A stretch of DNA of 64,000 nucleotides from Antedon mediterranea (Eukaryota; Animalia; Echinodermata): contig NC_092671.1 in NCBI RefSeq assembly GCF_964355755.1, positions 10,106,001 through 10,170,000 of the forward strand, given 5' to 3'. The notes beneath the pieces are model-generated. The model saw nothing but the letters and a program-made list of their open reading frames with translations. It was not told the DNA's origin and ran no database searches. This document shows, one piece after another, positions 40,301 to 50,400 of the stretch (the stretch's first letter is position 1; every line of letters starts with the position of its first letter). Position numbers and translations under genes: made by a program.

Positions 40301-42949
40301 TATTTAACTTTACAATTTAGAAAACATGCAAAAAGTATTAATAAATAATATAATATATATAATATAAAAAAATAAATATTTAAAAATTTCAAAATCATAC
40401 TTTATTCTTCAAAAGGATTTAAACCTTTAAACACACTGTAGTACATCTATTACTATTCAACTTGACTTCCTAAGATTCAGTAAAAAGAGAACTTTGCCAC
40501 CAGTGAAAACTCTGGAACAAAATGCGACTCATTTAATGGTACGGCGGCGACGATCTTACAATACCCACGAGTGGAAAGGAGCACGGTTTCACTTGCATTG
40601 CATATTTACACCATCTAATTCAGGTCAACCACGATCAATAAGACAAACATGTGTATAGGCAGGCACATGATTTGTTGATTCTTGTCTTACCTTGGTACTC
40701 GGTAGTTGGCAACGTCAATTAATAAGTTCTTGTACATGATATTTGACACCCTATACAACCAATCCCTTTATGAAAAGCTAACACTATGAAATACTATACT
40801 AAAATTAGTTTAGATGAAAACTTAATTTCTTTTTAACCATTTCACCCCTATAAGCGCTTAATTAGTATCAATTATGAATTCAATTTTTTAATATAATTTA
40901 ATATCATAGTTATTAAATATGAATTTTCTCATATTAAAATGATTTATTCGTATCAAACAAATAGTTTTGAAAGTTTAGGTTAACAACCCATTCTATCATT
41001 GTTTGTAGAAGGTTACCTAGATAGCATTACAACCTATAAGGCTCATCATGTGACATGAATGTGGACAAATTTGTAAACTGTTTTGGTAACCGTGACAATT
41101 ATTGCATAAACATTTTCAAACATGTCTTTTGAACATTATACAGTAGCATTCTTAAATCCAGGATTTTGAAATAGACATTCTATACAACCCCAGGGCCTAA
41201 AATTAAATGCTAAACTATGTTCTATCTTTTGTTTAGAATAATATAAATTAGAGGGCTAGCCCTGTCCAAGTGAACTCTCATTTACTGTCACCACCTCAGA
41301 CTAAAACAGAGTATACCAGGGTTATGATATTCATTTTATATACTGCTTTACAAATTGTAATAAGTTCACTTCTAACAAGTGCAAAGCATACAATTCATAA
41401 AACACAAAGACATGATAATGTCTTTCAATATAACACACAAAGACATGATAATGTCTTTCAATATAACCAAGGTGAATAAACCTAGTATAACAATTCACAA
41501 CATTAGCCTACAGTAGCTTTATATCGATTTAAAAATTGAAATTCAAAATCAAAGTTCAACTCCCGGGTTCAACATATAACCTGTTCAAAATAATAATGAT
41601 TTGGACTTACCAACACTGGAAGCTGTGTTTGTTGGAGTAAATGTAAGATCTGCATTTGAACTCATATCTGACTGTGAAAGACTTGAGCTGTATGTAGTGT
41701 GCCCTGTAAAAGAAAGTTAACTAGGCCTATTTATTTGAGAAATTTATTGCACTGAAACACAGCATACTTTTGTATGTTATACCTTGTTGATGATCATGTA
41801 ACCGTGAATGATTTGTTTACATCCATTTCCCCCCAAAAAATAGTTGATGAGGAAAGAAACATGAAAATAACATTTATTTATTTGGCGTAAGTTAAAAACT
41901 TCATATCAATAGTATACAATACTGTAAGTACATTTCTAACTTAGATCTGATATTGTCCTTTTTAGACAATCTAATTCCATCGCTGCATGTCTCACTCATA
42001 CAGTGGTAAGAAAACAAACAAGTTTGTGTACATATGCTTTGATATGTACAAACATTACTATAGCAGCTAATATAAATGATCTATAGACCTTACTCCATGT
42101 ATAGACAGACTGATAGTAATCAAGGGAATACAGTAGGAATGAAACAAACACAGCTAAAGTGTATTACCTAATTAACTGATTGCGTAGTGATAACATGACT
42201 AGTATTTGTCACTAGTGATACTTTACTACATGATTTACATTTTAGCTACAATTTCCAATATAAAAGCAGAATTAAATAAAATTGAAGATTCACTTTATAA
42301 AAATAAAATAAAATTGCACCAGTGTTAACTTCTGTAAGCCATTCATTCTATGTGTACAAGGTACTGCAGAGTATGTATTGTATAAAAGGAAAAGGTAGGC
42401 CCTCATCTCGGAGGCGTAGAGGGCCAAATCCCTGAGCATGTACAGGGCCTACTGTATATCCTGAGTCATAAGCATAAGGATAAATAGTGTACAGTACATA
42501 ATTAAATACAATCTTTAATAGTATTTGCTTAAAGCTAAACAGTAGACTAATATCAGATAAAAACAGGAAATAATTGAAATGTACAATATGGTAATTGACA
42601 TATGCAGGAAGAAATTGAACTAATATTAATTACAAGTTAATTGTGCCATTTTTATCATTAAAATATTATTAACATTTTTGTATGACCATACAGATATTAT
42701 AGTAAACTATAATATTAAAAATAATATGGTATGACCTACTTTATGAAATTATGAAAGGAACCAACCACTAGGATATTATTATAAACTGAAGATATCAATC
42801 AAAATTTTAAATTAAATCTTTACTACTAAAGACAGAGCACCTTGGGATTGATTCTAATATGAATAAAATGTAAACAATTTTGACTTACTGTCCAACGAAT
42901 CGTGTCGCTGTGCAGAAGGCAGGTGAACTTTACCGGATGAGTTTCCCAT
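9650..42949 (-). CDS. FBXL7: F-box/LRR-repeat protein 7, complete 4-exon CDS (536 aa)
   Basis: Exons 42949-42889 (MGNSSGKVHLPSAQRHDSLD), 41703-41611 (Ser/Thr-rich), 17282-16563 (F-box LSDDLIIKILSYL...VCRRFYKLSWQPVLW; VDRAMKVLTRRLCQETPYVC) and 10386-9650 (LRRs, ending IEHTNPAFY). All introns are phase 1 GT-AG and the total is 1611 nt. The motifs match vertebrate FBXL7 (MGANNGK, VDRALKVLTRRLCQDTP, IEHTNPAFF). Confidence 0.93.
12085..12311 (+). mobile_element. SINE/LINE remnant with L2/CR1-type 3' tail
   Basis: GC-richer body ending GTACAGCGCTTAGAG...GGCACTATATAAAT...(TAT)n. Confidence 0.4.
15611..16281. mobile_element. Non-autonomous DNA transposon with CCC...GGG termini and 8-bp TSD
   Basis: TIR CCCAGGGG(G)nTCACT / AGTGACCCCCCGGG. 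Exact 8-bp flanking duplication CATATTAT (15603-15610, 16282-16289). GC-rich interior. Confidence 0.8.
16563..17282 (-). CDS. FBXL7: FBXL7 exon 3 (Ser-rich linker, F-box, first LRRs)
   Basis: Acceptor tttttcag|AG TCG, donor TCA G|gtacgt, 720 nt. Confidence 0.95.
17991..18334 (-). mobile_element. tRNA-derived SINE with Deu/Nin-type central domain
   Basis: Head GGGTGAGTGGCCGAGCGGTTAAG (A box) ... GGTTCGAGGC (B box). Core CTCGGATAAGGACTATAAACCGTAGGTCC...GAGTAGGGGGTTACCCCGGTGT resembles the Deu domain. (CAAT)n tail. A head fragment recurs near 5647-5667. Confidence 0.8.
21195..21356. mobile_element. Harbinger-like MITE (about 160 bp)
   Basis: TIR AGCTC(G/T)GTCTACA(G/C)T with TAA on both flanks. 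Three copies occur in the window. Confidence 0.75.
24118..24270. mobile_element. Harbinger-like MITE, same family as 21195-21356
   Basis: AGCCCTGTCTACACTA...TAGTGTAGACAGAGCT. Confidence 0.75.
25100..25231. repeat. 25-bp perfect minisatellite, about 5.3 copies
   Basis: Unit ATCTTTATACCAATTGTACTTATAC. Confidence 0.95.
27406..28138. mobile_element. Harbinger-like non-autonomous element
   Basis: Imperfect TIR AGCC(T/C)..TTTCACACAGA, subterminal AATATTGCGGTAA repeats, and an internal palindrome at about 27474-27525. Confidence 0.65.
30294..30644. repeat. About 180-bp tandem duplication (2 copies)
   Basis: TGTAGCTGAAACT...TAAGTATAATAAACC at about 30294-30470 and 30477-30644. Confidence 0.9.
31242..31297 (+). 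ncRNA. Minimal type I hammerhead ribozyme motif (Penelope-like element type)
   Basis: TCAC-CTGAAGA-A-[TGCGGCCAGC-TACAT-GCTGGTCGTA]-C-GAA-ACAAATTTGT-A-GTGA. It has both core boxes, a 10-bp stem II, a palindromic stem III, a GUA cleavage triplet and stem I TCAC/GTGA, and is flanked by (TA)n. Confidence 0.7.
33167..34064. mobile_element. Non-autonomous TIR element (Harbinger-like)
   Basis: TIR GG(T/C)CTGTTTCTGCTGA...AAATAATCGATT with repeated subterminal AATCGGTTA motifs. Confidence 0.7.
34253..34272. mobile_element. TIR-only palindrome, probable transposon excision footprint
   Basis: Perfect 20-bp palindrome CATGGAGGTATACCTCCATG flanked by GTATTAT / GTATTCT. Confidence 0.6.
34650..34722 (+). 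pseudogene. tRNA-like sequence (tRNA pseudogene or SINE head)
   Basis: A box TGGTCTAATGG, T arm CCGAG-TTCGAAT-CTTGG and a downstream T run. The anticodon stem and acceptor stem are mismatched. The downstream body recurs at about 52335-52390. Confidence 0.65.
35952..36183 (+). mobile_element. 5'-truncated L2/CR1-type LINE 3' end
   Basis: Translates with one frameshift to WGDRTFSVAGPR/LWNHLPLNIK...FKSLLKTHLF-stop, the typical L2 ORF2 C-terminus. It is followed by CAGCGCCATGAGC...GGTGCTATATAAAT and a (GATT)n tail. Confidence 0.8.
41401..41468. repeat. About 33-bp tandem duplication
   Basis: ACACAAAGACATGATAATGTCTTTCAATATAAC occurs twice. Confidence 0.85.
41611..41703 (-). CDS. FBXL7: FBXL7 coding exon 2
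   Basis: cttttacag|...|gtaagt, 93 nt, phase 1-1. Encodes HTTYSSSLSQSDMSSNADLTFTPTNTASSV, resembling vertebrate SSSISSDVSSSTDHTPT. Confidence 0.8.
42889..42949 (-). CDS. FBXL7: FBXL7 first coding exon with N-myristoylation-type start
   Basis: ATG GGA AAC TCA TCC GGT AAA (MGNSSGK), donor A|gtaagt in phase 1. Confidence 0.82.
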
Positions 42950-45673
42950 TGTAACCGAGAACTTGAGCATCCCAAGGGAAAGTTGCACCCCGTGGTGAGG
43001 TGCAATGGTCCGTGTTCAGCAACCAGGCAACATCTAGCTGGCCTACTATCCTATACAACTCTTCAATCTTAAATGCAGTACATCTGTTTTTTAGACAGCG
43101 ACTTACATAGCCACTGGCGAATGTATTGAAATTATAATCAGTGTTTGATTAACAAGTAATAGCTACATCTAGATAATTGCTAGGAATGTTAAAATTCTTA
43201 TACTTGCACTTGGATTATGCACTCAGTATACTAGAGATCACATACATGTCTTGGTGTAGATTTTAGGTAAATAGATCACATACTTGTCCTTTGATGTCTT
43301 GGTGTAGATTTAATTGTTGTTGTGATAATATTACAATAAGGAATGTTAATATTCATATCACATTGAAGATAATGGGTTATCCATTTTATCTGAAAAAACA
43401 AATAAAAAATGTATATAAACTTCTCACATCAGAATACAATAAGATATTTGCTACATATTTGTAAATATTTCTTTATAAATCCCACCCACAAACTGTTGAG
43501 GAAAGAGAACAAATTTGTTCTTCATCATCTAGTACAAGGTTTCTCGTCAGGCTTTTAGCTATTTACTAATCCAGCAAATTTGTTTGCGCATAATATTTTT
43601 TTTCGGTGCTTCGAATGAAGGACCATCTTATACCATAAAGGTATTTATATCTCCATGTGAGCAATCAGAATTAAGTGTGGACTATGTTTTCTTGGTGTCA
43701 AAGGCTCACTGCCTCAATTTATATCAATCACATCCAATAAACGTTCTGACTGTTTGATGCACTAATAAGTGATATTTTGGAGTGTAATACATGGTGATCG
43801 TTAAACAGCTAATAGCCCAATGTTATTCACAATCATTGTTCTATGGTACACAACACAAAACAAAGCATAGGGATTGACAATGAGTCAAATGCAATACTGT
43901 ATTTACACAGTATGTCATTGTTAAACTTGACCATCAGATGTGGTAGTTCCAAGGCACACTATAATTATACACTGTAACTGAACAACAGGGTTTTTAAATT
44001 GATAAATTATTATTGTTCAACAATAAATTCTATACTACTTATTTTCTAAAGTAAGCTTAAATATATTTTTCTTTAAACAAGATTAGTATAAAAACAATGC
44101 AACTTATGCTACTTAGCTAATAAATTAATTTGTTTCTTGTTATTTCTGATAGGACTTCCATATAACAATACATAACATTCCAATACACAAATGTTACATG
44201 GTTTCAAAAAGTACAGAAACAACAAAATACCTATCACAAAGTTGTTTATGTATAGAGTAAAACATAGTGCAGTTCACTGAATTATCCATTAAATTCAATA
44301 AGTGATATAGCAGTATTATGATTTGAATTTAATACAACTGTTCTGTTCACTTATTTTTCCTTCAAGTTAACATATCTAAATTCACTACTGTATCCATCAT
44401 TTCTACAACAACTCCCTGGTTGATACTTGAACCATATTTCCACTTGTTAGGCCAGGCCAGACATTGTGTATAACAGGGATGACACGTAACCACTAAGGAC
44501 TTCCCACTAATAACATGATTGTGGAAAGACTTATTGTCATTCTGATAACTGATGACAGCTTTATGTTTGTTGATGTTTTTGCATTGAGATGCAAATCTGA
44601 CAAAAATATTCTTTCTATATGAATATCAACTCTACAAAGTACAAGTTCAAAACCTTCTCAAATTACAAGTAACTTTTGAATCCATAAATCTATACTTTAA
44701 AACCATTCACATAAATCCCCTTGAATTTTAATCATTTTTTCTCTTTTTTTGTGAATTTTAATAATAGAATTATTATTACTTAACCAAATATAAAACGATA
44801 TGGCAGGGGATAGAGCATGTCTTTTTCACTGGATGTAAGGTATGGTATTGAGAAGATTGGGCCTCCAACCCTTGAAACATAAGAAAAAAAACATCCCTCT
44901 AGGCAATGGTGTGAAAAAGATGATAATGAGTACAAGAGAAAATGGGAAGAAAAAAAATAAAACTACTGATGAGTTTCGACTCGCAGCTTCAACATCGTTA
45001 AGTTCACCCAGTATAATGTTAAACCTTTCGGCCAGGCAGTTGGCTTGCAGAGTACAATTGCTATAACCTATTTGATTTACATCTATTTTTGCATCAACTA
45101 TTACATTACATACCGTACCTTTTTATACCGTAAATAAAGAAATGTTTATTTTATATTTGTGAAATTGCCCTGAAAAAAAAGGCGGGGGAGTGGGGGCGGG
45201 GGGCTAACTCCTTTATTCTATTTCTTTATTAATTTCTATTTTTTTCAAATATTAATTGTATTCTTAGCGACACCTTTTGTAACAAGTTAGAGTACTAGGC
45301 CTTTTATTGTAGTACAGTCAGTCACCTGGAAACGAGCCGGGCAGTAAGCACCTTGCTCCTCCGAGATGTTCACGTACTTAGACAGGGCCTGAGAGGTCAG
45401 ACACTCCGTCTTTTAGATCAACGACATTGAACCTACAGAAACATTATGGATTAGTATTAAACAGAATAATTTCATATACTATACCTTGTTTATGATATTT
45501 TGTGTACGTAGACATGACGTAAGCCGACAGGTTAAACCAGTACCTCGTCTGCTGATAAATTATCGATTTGTTTTTTGTAGCGGGACGAACTTAAATATAG
45601 AGGGCGACATTTGCTTTAAAGGTTCTTCTGCCAGATTAAAGTATTTATAATGTTTTATTTATAACCTCTATTG

Positions 45674-46495
45674 TTTTTAGTCGCGTGGAAGCGACTCTAT
45701 AGTTCACTATGTCGGTCGGTCGGTCTGTCTGTCTGTCTGTCTGTCTGTCGGTCTGTCTGTCGGTCTGTCTGTCTGTCTGTCTGTCGGTCCGGTATCACTA
45801 TGCGTTTTATCGCTTTATGACCTTATCTTGATATCAGTTTAATCTAGCTAAGTCAATTTTTCACAGAATATTCCTTATGGCCAGGAATCGATGTGGTTAT
45901 GTTTTCACGGTGCGCAATAAAAAATTACGCGGTCTACGCACGATTTAACGAAATCACGTTTGTAATCATATCTTAACAACCATGAATCACAATTAAATAA
46001 AATTTGGTACTCATAAATTTCAGGGCATAAATCATCATATGGCAGTACAATTACGTGCGTAGCGCATGTAACGCATGCGTACGCGCGCTTAAAATTTTCA
46101 AAATTTATTTTCGATGAAATAAGAGTACGTTTCAGGCAATTTTAAGCGTTTACAAAATTGCCATGAGTGCGCAGATTTTTGCGCGCGCACTGCGCGTTAA
46201 ATGTTATTGCGCACTCTTTTTACCCGATTTCTGTTTTCTTGACTTACTTTTCAACTCGAAATTACGTTATACGAGCACGTCAAAAGTGACAGGCTACGCA
46301 CGTGTAAATTAAAAAAATATAAATGTTTTTAAACATTTCAACATTTTTAAACATGTTCAGTAATTTCGGTCAGTATAGTTCACTATGTCGGTCGGTCCGT
46401 CTGTCTGTCGGTCTGTCTGTCTGTCGGTCTGTTTGTCTGTCGGTCCGGTATCACTATGCATTGTAGCACGCGACTTAATGGCTGTTGGCCTTGTT
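45674..46495 (+). mobile_element. DINE-1-like / Helentron-associated non-autonomous element (HINE)
   Basis: Starts in a T run. Subterminal inverted repeat AGTCGCGTG ... CACGCGACT, 5' palindrome AGTCGC-GTGGAA-GCGACT, two (GTCT/GTCG)n blocks, and a short 3' hairpin followed by CTTGTT. Confidence 0.75.
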
Positions 46496-47412
46496 AATTA
46501 TCATGGCCAGTTCACAGAAATCAGAAAAAGACACTGAATTTCATCATTAGTTGTTGTTTAATTGTCGTTTACTCTTTATCAGTCTGTAATCTATGAAATA
46601 CAACAGTAGTTATATTTGTTTATTGTAGCTATAAGTTAGAGGTAGATTTTGTAGAAGTGATTCCCTGAAAATGCTAGCATTTTAAATATACCTGATGAGT
46701 CTGAGGTATTGTAAAGAGTTAAAAGTAGCATCTAATCTTGAAGAATTTATATATAGATATTTCTTTAAAAGCCAATTAATGCGACTTTTTACAACATTGA
46801 TTTGAAGCACAAAGGGTCATGCTATGCGCATTATGTATTAAATATCCACAATTGTATATGTCTATGATTGATAATCAATCGTTCTACTAACATCATAATT
46901 AAAATTAAGATATTTTCAAAATTGCTGTACTATTTATCATCAAGTATAAGCAATACACGCTTTAATTTAAAACGGTTAACTTATTGACTACTAAACTCAG
47001 CTGCAGATTAAAATGCATTTACTTAATATTAATATATCTTATATACCCTGTTTTTGGTTTTGTGAACGTAACAATTTTAGGTGAATTACACCCTTAAACT
47101 TTTACATTAAAATTTACAAACAATTTATTCACGAAATATCGCACAAACCATCAAGGCCCACGTCTGAGACGCCTCGGGTAGGCCAGCATAAAGTTTAAGC
47201 CAAACGTTTCAAACGCACATTTAAAGTCTTGCAACAAACGCACTGTGTGATGGGTATGCCTACTTTGGGTCTATCCTAGTTCAATAGGCAAATATTTGGG
47301 ATATGGAAGACATTCGACATGGATAGCTGCGCTCACAAATCTGTAGGCCTAAATATATATTTTAAGAATACATAAATAACCAAACTGCGTATAGGCAAGT
47401 CTGATTTTGGGA

Positions 47413-50400
47413 TCAGTACTCCATTTCTGCATCATCCAGTTCATCCGAATCAACTCCAACAGACTCGTACTGATGATATTCTGACACAAGATCATTCAGA
47501 TTTGATTCCGTTTCTAAAAACTCCAGTTCGTCCATTCCTTCGTTCTTGTACGAGTGCAAGTACACTCTTCGTTTCAACATCATGGTGAATTGTTCCGATA
47601 CTCTTCTGATAATTTCCGATATAGCGGTATTATTTCCCATAAAAGTTGCCGTTTTCTTGTAATTTGGTGGCGGTATATTACACACAGCAGTTTTGATGTT
47701 ATCTGGTATCCAGTCTACAAAGTCATTACTACTTTTATTTTGAATGTTTTTAACTTCTCGGTCTACTTCACAAACGGACATGTTTCCGCGGTAAACGACG
47801 GCGGCGCTAAGGTAACGACCGTGTCTAGGGTCACAAGCCGTCATCATGTTTTTTGCATGAAACACTTGTTTCGTCAACTGCGAGACTGTATCTTCGTTAT
47901 AGATACGATTGTCTGTACTCACCATAGGAGCAAAGCCGGTCATAAAGAAATGAAGACGCGGGAAAGGAATCATATTAACGGCAAGTTTACGTAACCCAGC
48001 ATTTAGCTGACCTGGGAATCGTAAACAAGTGGTAACTCCACACATTGTGTTAGCTACCAACTGGTTCATTTGAGAGTAGGTTGGTGCCGTCAGTTTCAAA
48101 GTCCGTGAACAGATGGCAGCAAGAGCCTGGTTGTCGATACAGAACGTCATTTCTGAATGGTCTATAAGTTGGTTCATTGCTAGACCACTGTTGTACGGTT
48201 CTACAATAGTAGCTGAAACACCGGGCGATGGCAACACGCTGTACGATGCCAATATTCGATCTGGATACTCTTCATGCAGTTTACTCATCAGCAGAGTGCC
48301 TAACCCGGAACCAGTTCCTCCTCCTAGAGAGTGTATTAATTGGAATCCTTGTAAACAATCACATTCCTCGGCTTCTTTTTGGACAACCTCCATGATCTCT
48401 TCAATAAGTTCTGCCCCATCTGTGTAATATCCTTTAGCCCAGTTGTTTCCAGCCCCACTCTGGGCATAAATGAAGTTATCTGGTTTAAACAGACGGCCAT
48501 AGTCTCCCGATCTAGCAGCATCCATGGTGCCTGGTTCAAGGTCAACTAGGACGGCTCTTGGAGTGTATATGCCACGTGACTCTTGGTTGAAGTAAACATT
48601 AGCTCGACGAAGTTCTAGATCAGAGTTCCCTTCATACGTTCCTGTTGAACTAATTCCATGCTCCTTGGTTACTTGTTCCCAGAACTACAATAAACAAAAT
48701 TACAATGTATATTGGTTAATCTTTCCTTTATTGTTTTAAATGTTATAATTGAAAGAAAGGAACGTGGGTTGAAAAAACCCCAATCCACAATTATCAGACA
48801 CTGAAATTCTAAAATTTATTGCAGAAAAAAGTTAATCAACATATACAGACTTATAAGATGCTATTACAAAGAATGTCAGCATATTTCAACTCATAAGGAT
48901 AGTTTCCCAAACCACCATGTACAATCTATTACGTAAAGATAGTTCTTTTATTATTAAAATTGGAAATGTGAATGAAACACTCGAGGCTAGTGTGGATAAA
49001 TTATAATGTCTCATACAAAAAGTGTCGAGTTTTTTTTATAGAATGTCTGTTATTAGTGTTAATGCAACATAGTATTTTTAACTATGGCTAATATTGAGGT
49101 TCTGTGAGACCCCCGGTCGCACCATTGGTTTTCGTTTAAAAATTAATACTGTAAAGATCGATCCAACATATCATGAAATCTATAGGATGTTGTTAAATGA
49201 GTTGATTTGCAGATATAAATAATTCCTATTAATTCATAATGCAACATATACAGGGAAACAGAATAAAATATTAACTTTGACACATTTCTTGAAAGGAAAT
49301 TTCATTTCTATAATGAACTATCTAAATAATGCAGAGCTAGTTAGTTGAAGCAATGGATTATGCAATAATTGACAAAATACATCAGCGTTATATATATCTC
49401 CACGAACGTGGTAAGTTGGTAAGCTGTAAAAGAACCGGAGAATGGAGATACGGTTTGACTTTTCTTACTTAAAACCATTTCTAAATGTTTTTGAATACCG
49501 AAAAGTAAGAAAATCCAATTTAACAAAAGCAATTATTTATAATTAGGCCAGGATTCCGGGATTCCAAAGTTAAGAGATAATTAATTAATAAATAAAAAAA
49601 TGAATGAATTAAATATTTATTTCATATATTATATTATCAAAAATATATTCTGATTTTAACCCACCTGTGGTACAGTTTTTACCCTTTCACTACACTGCTC
49701 AATATGATCTATTTTACAATATTTCCCGGCACCAGCCGATTAAAACTATAAATAATGTCACCTTTGTGTTTACGTTATATAATAATTATACATACTGTAT
49801 AGCATCATTATACGTATTCATCTTTACCGCTAATGAAAACATACCGGTACCACCTCTTGCCGTACCTGAATTCGTTATAGGCCTACAGTGAAACCTCTTA
49901 ATTTAAGGGACACCTTCGGGACCAAAGTGTCCCTTAATTGGGTCATAGAGGTATTATACCTCCATGATTGGGTTGTCCCCAGAATAGGGGTGTCACGAAA
50001 GAAGGCTTAATAACTGTCTCTAATATTATAACCGGATCGATAGTATCCAAAAGATAAAGACTGACTTACACATTTTATATGATTTTACTAAAAACTAAAT
50101 CATAACAGATTTAAAAAAAAAATAATATGAAACGTCGATGTTTACTTACAAAAATCCATCCAGTCATCCATTAACACAACCATTAATATTGTATATTATA
50201 TATATATACAGGCCTACCCGTACTATAGGCCTACTAGGTGCTTTATACATAGGATTTATACAAAGTTTATTGTTTTACATCTAAAATCATCCTATTTTGA
50301 AAAATAAGTCCGTAATCCAAGTACTGTACATAACTGTTACGTATTCTAATCTATGATGCAATTTGTGACAGAAGATATTCTGAGATACATTTACAATTAG

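Noticed and set aside
995-42949. IRP1 next to an F-box/LRR gene as an IRP-FBXL5 iron-sensing cluster
   Set aside because: The F-box gene has FBXL7 hallmarks (MGxxxGK start, LTRRLCQ, HTNPAF end) and no hemerythrin domain, so it is not FBXL5.
44966-44990. CTGATGA followed by a GAGT-TTCG-ACTC hairpin as a hammerhead
   Set aside because: No GAAA box follows and the hairpin overlaps the core.
47554-48427. Plus-strand ORFs (146 and 104 aa) over the tubulin exon
   Set aside because: They are antisense shadows of a coding exon with no recognisable domains.
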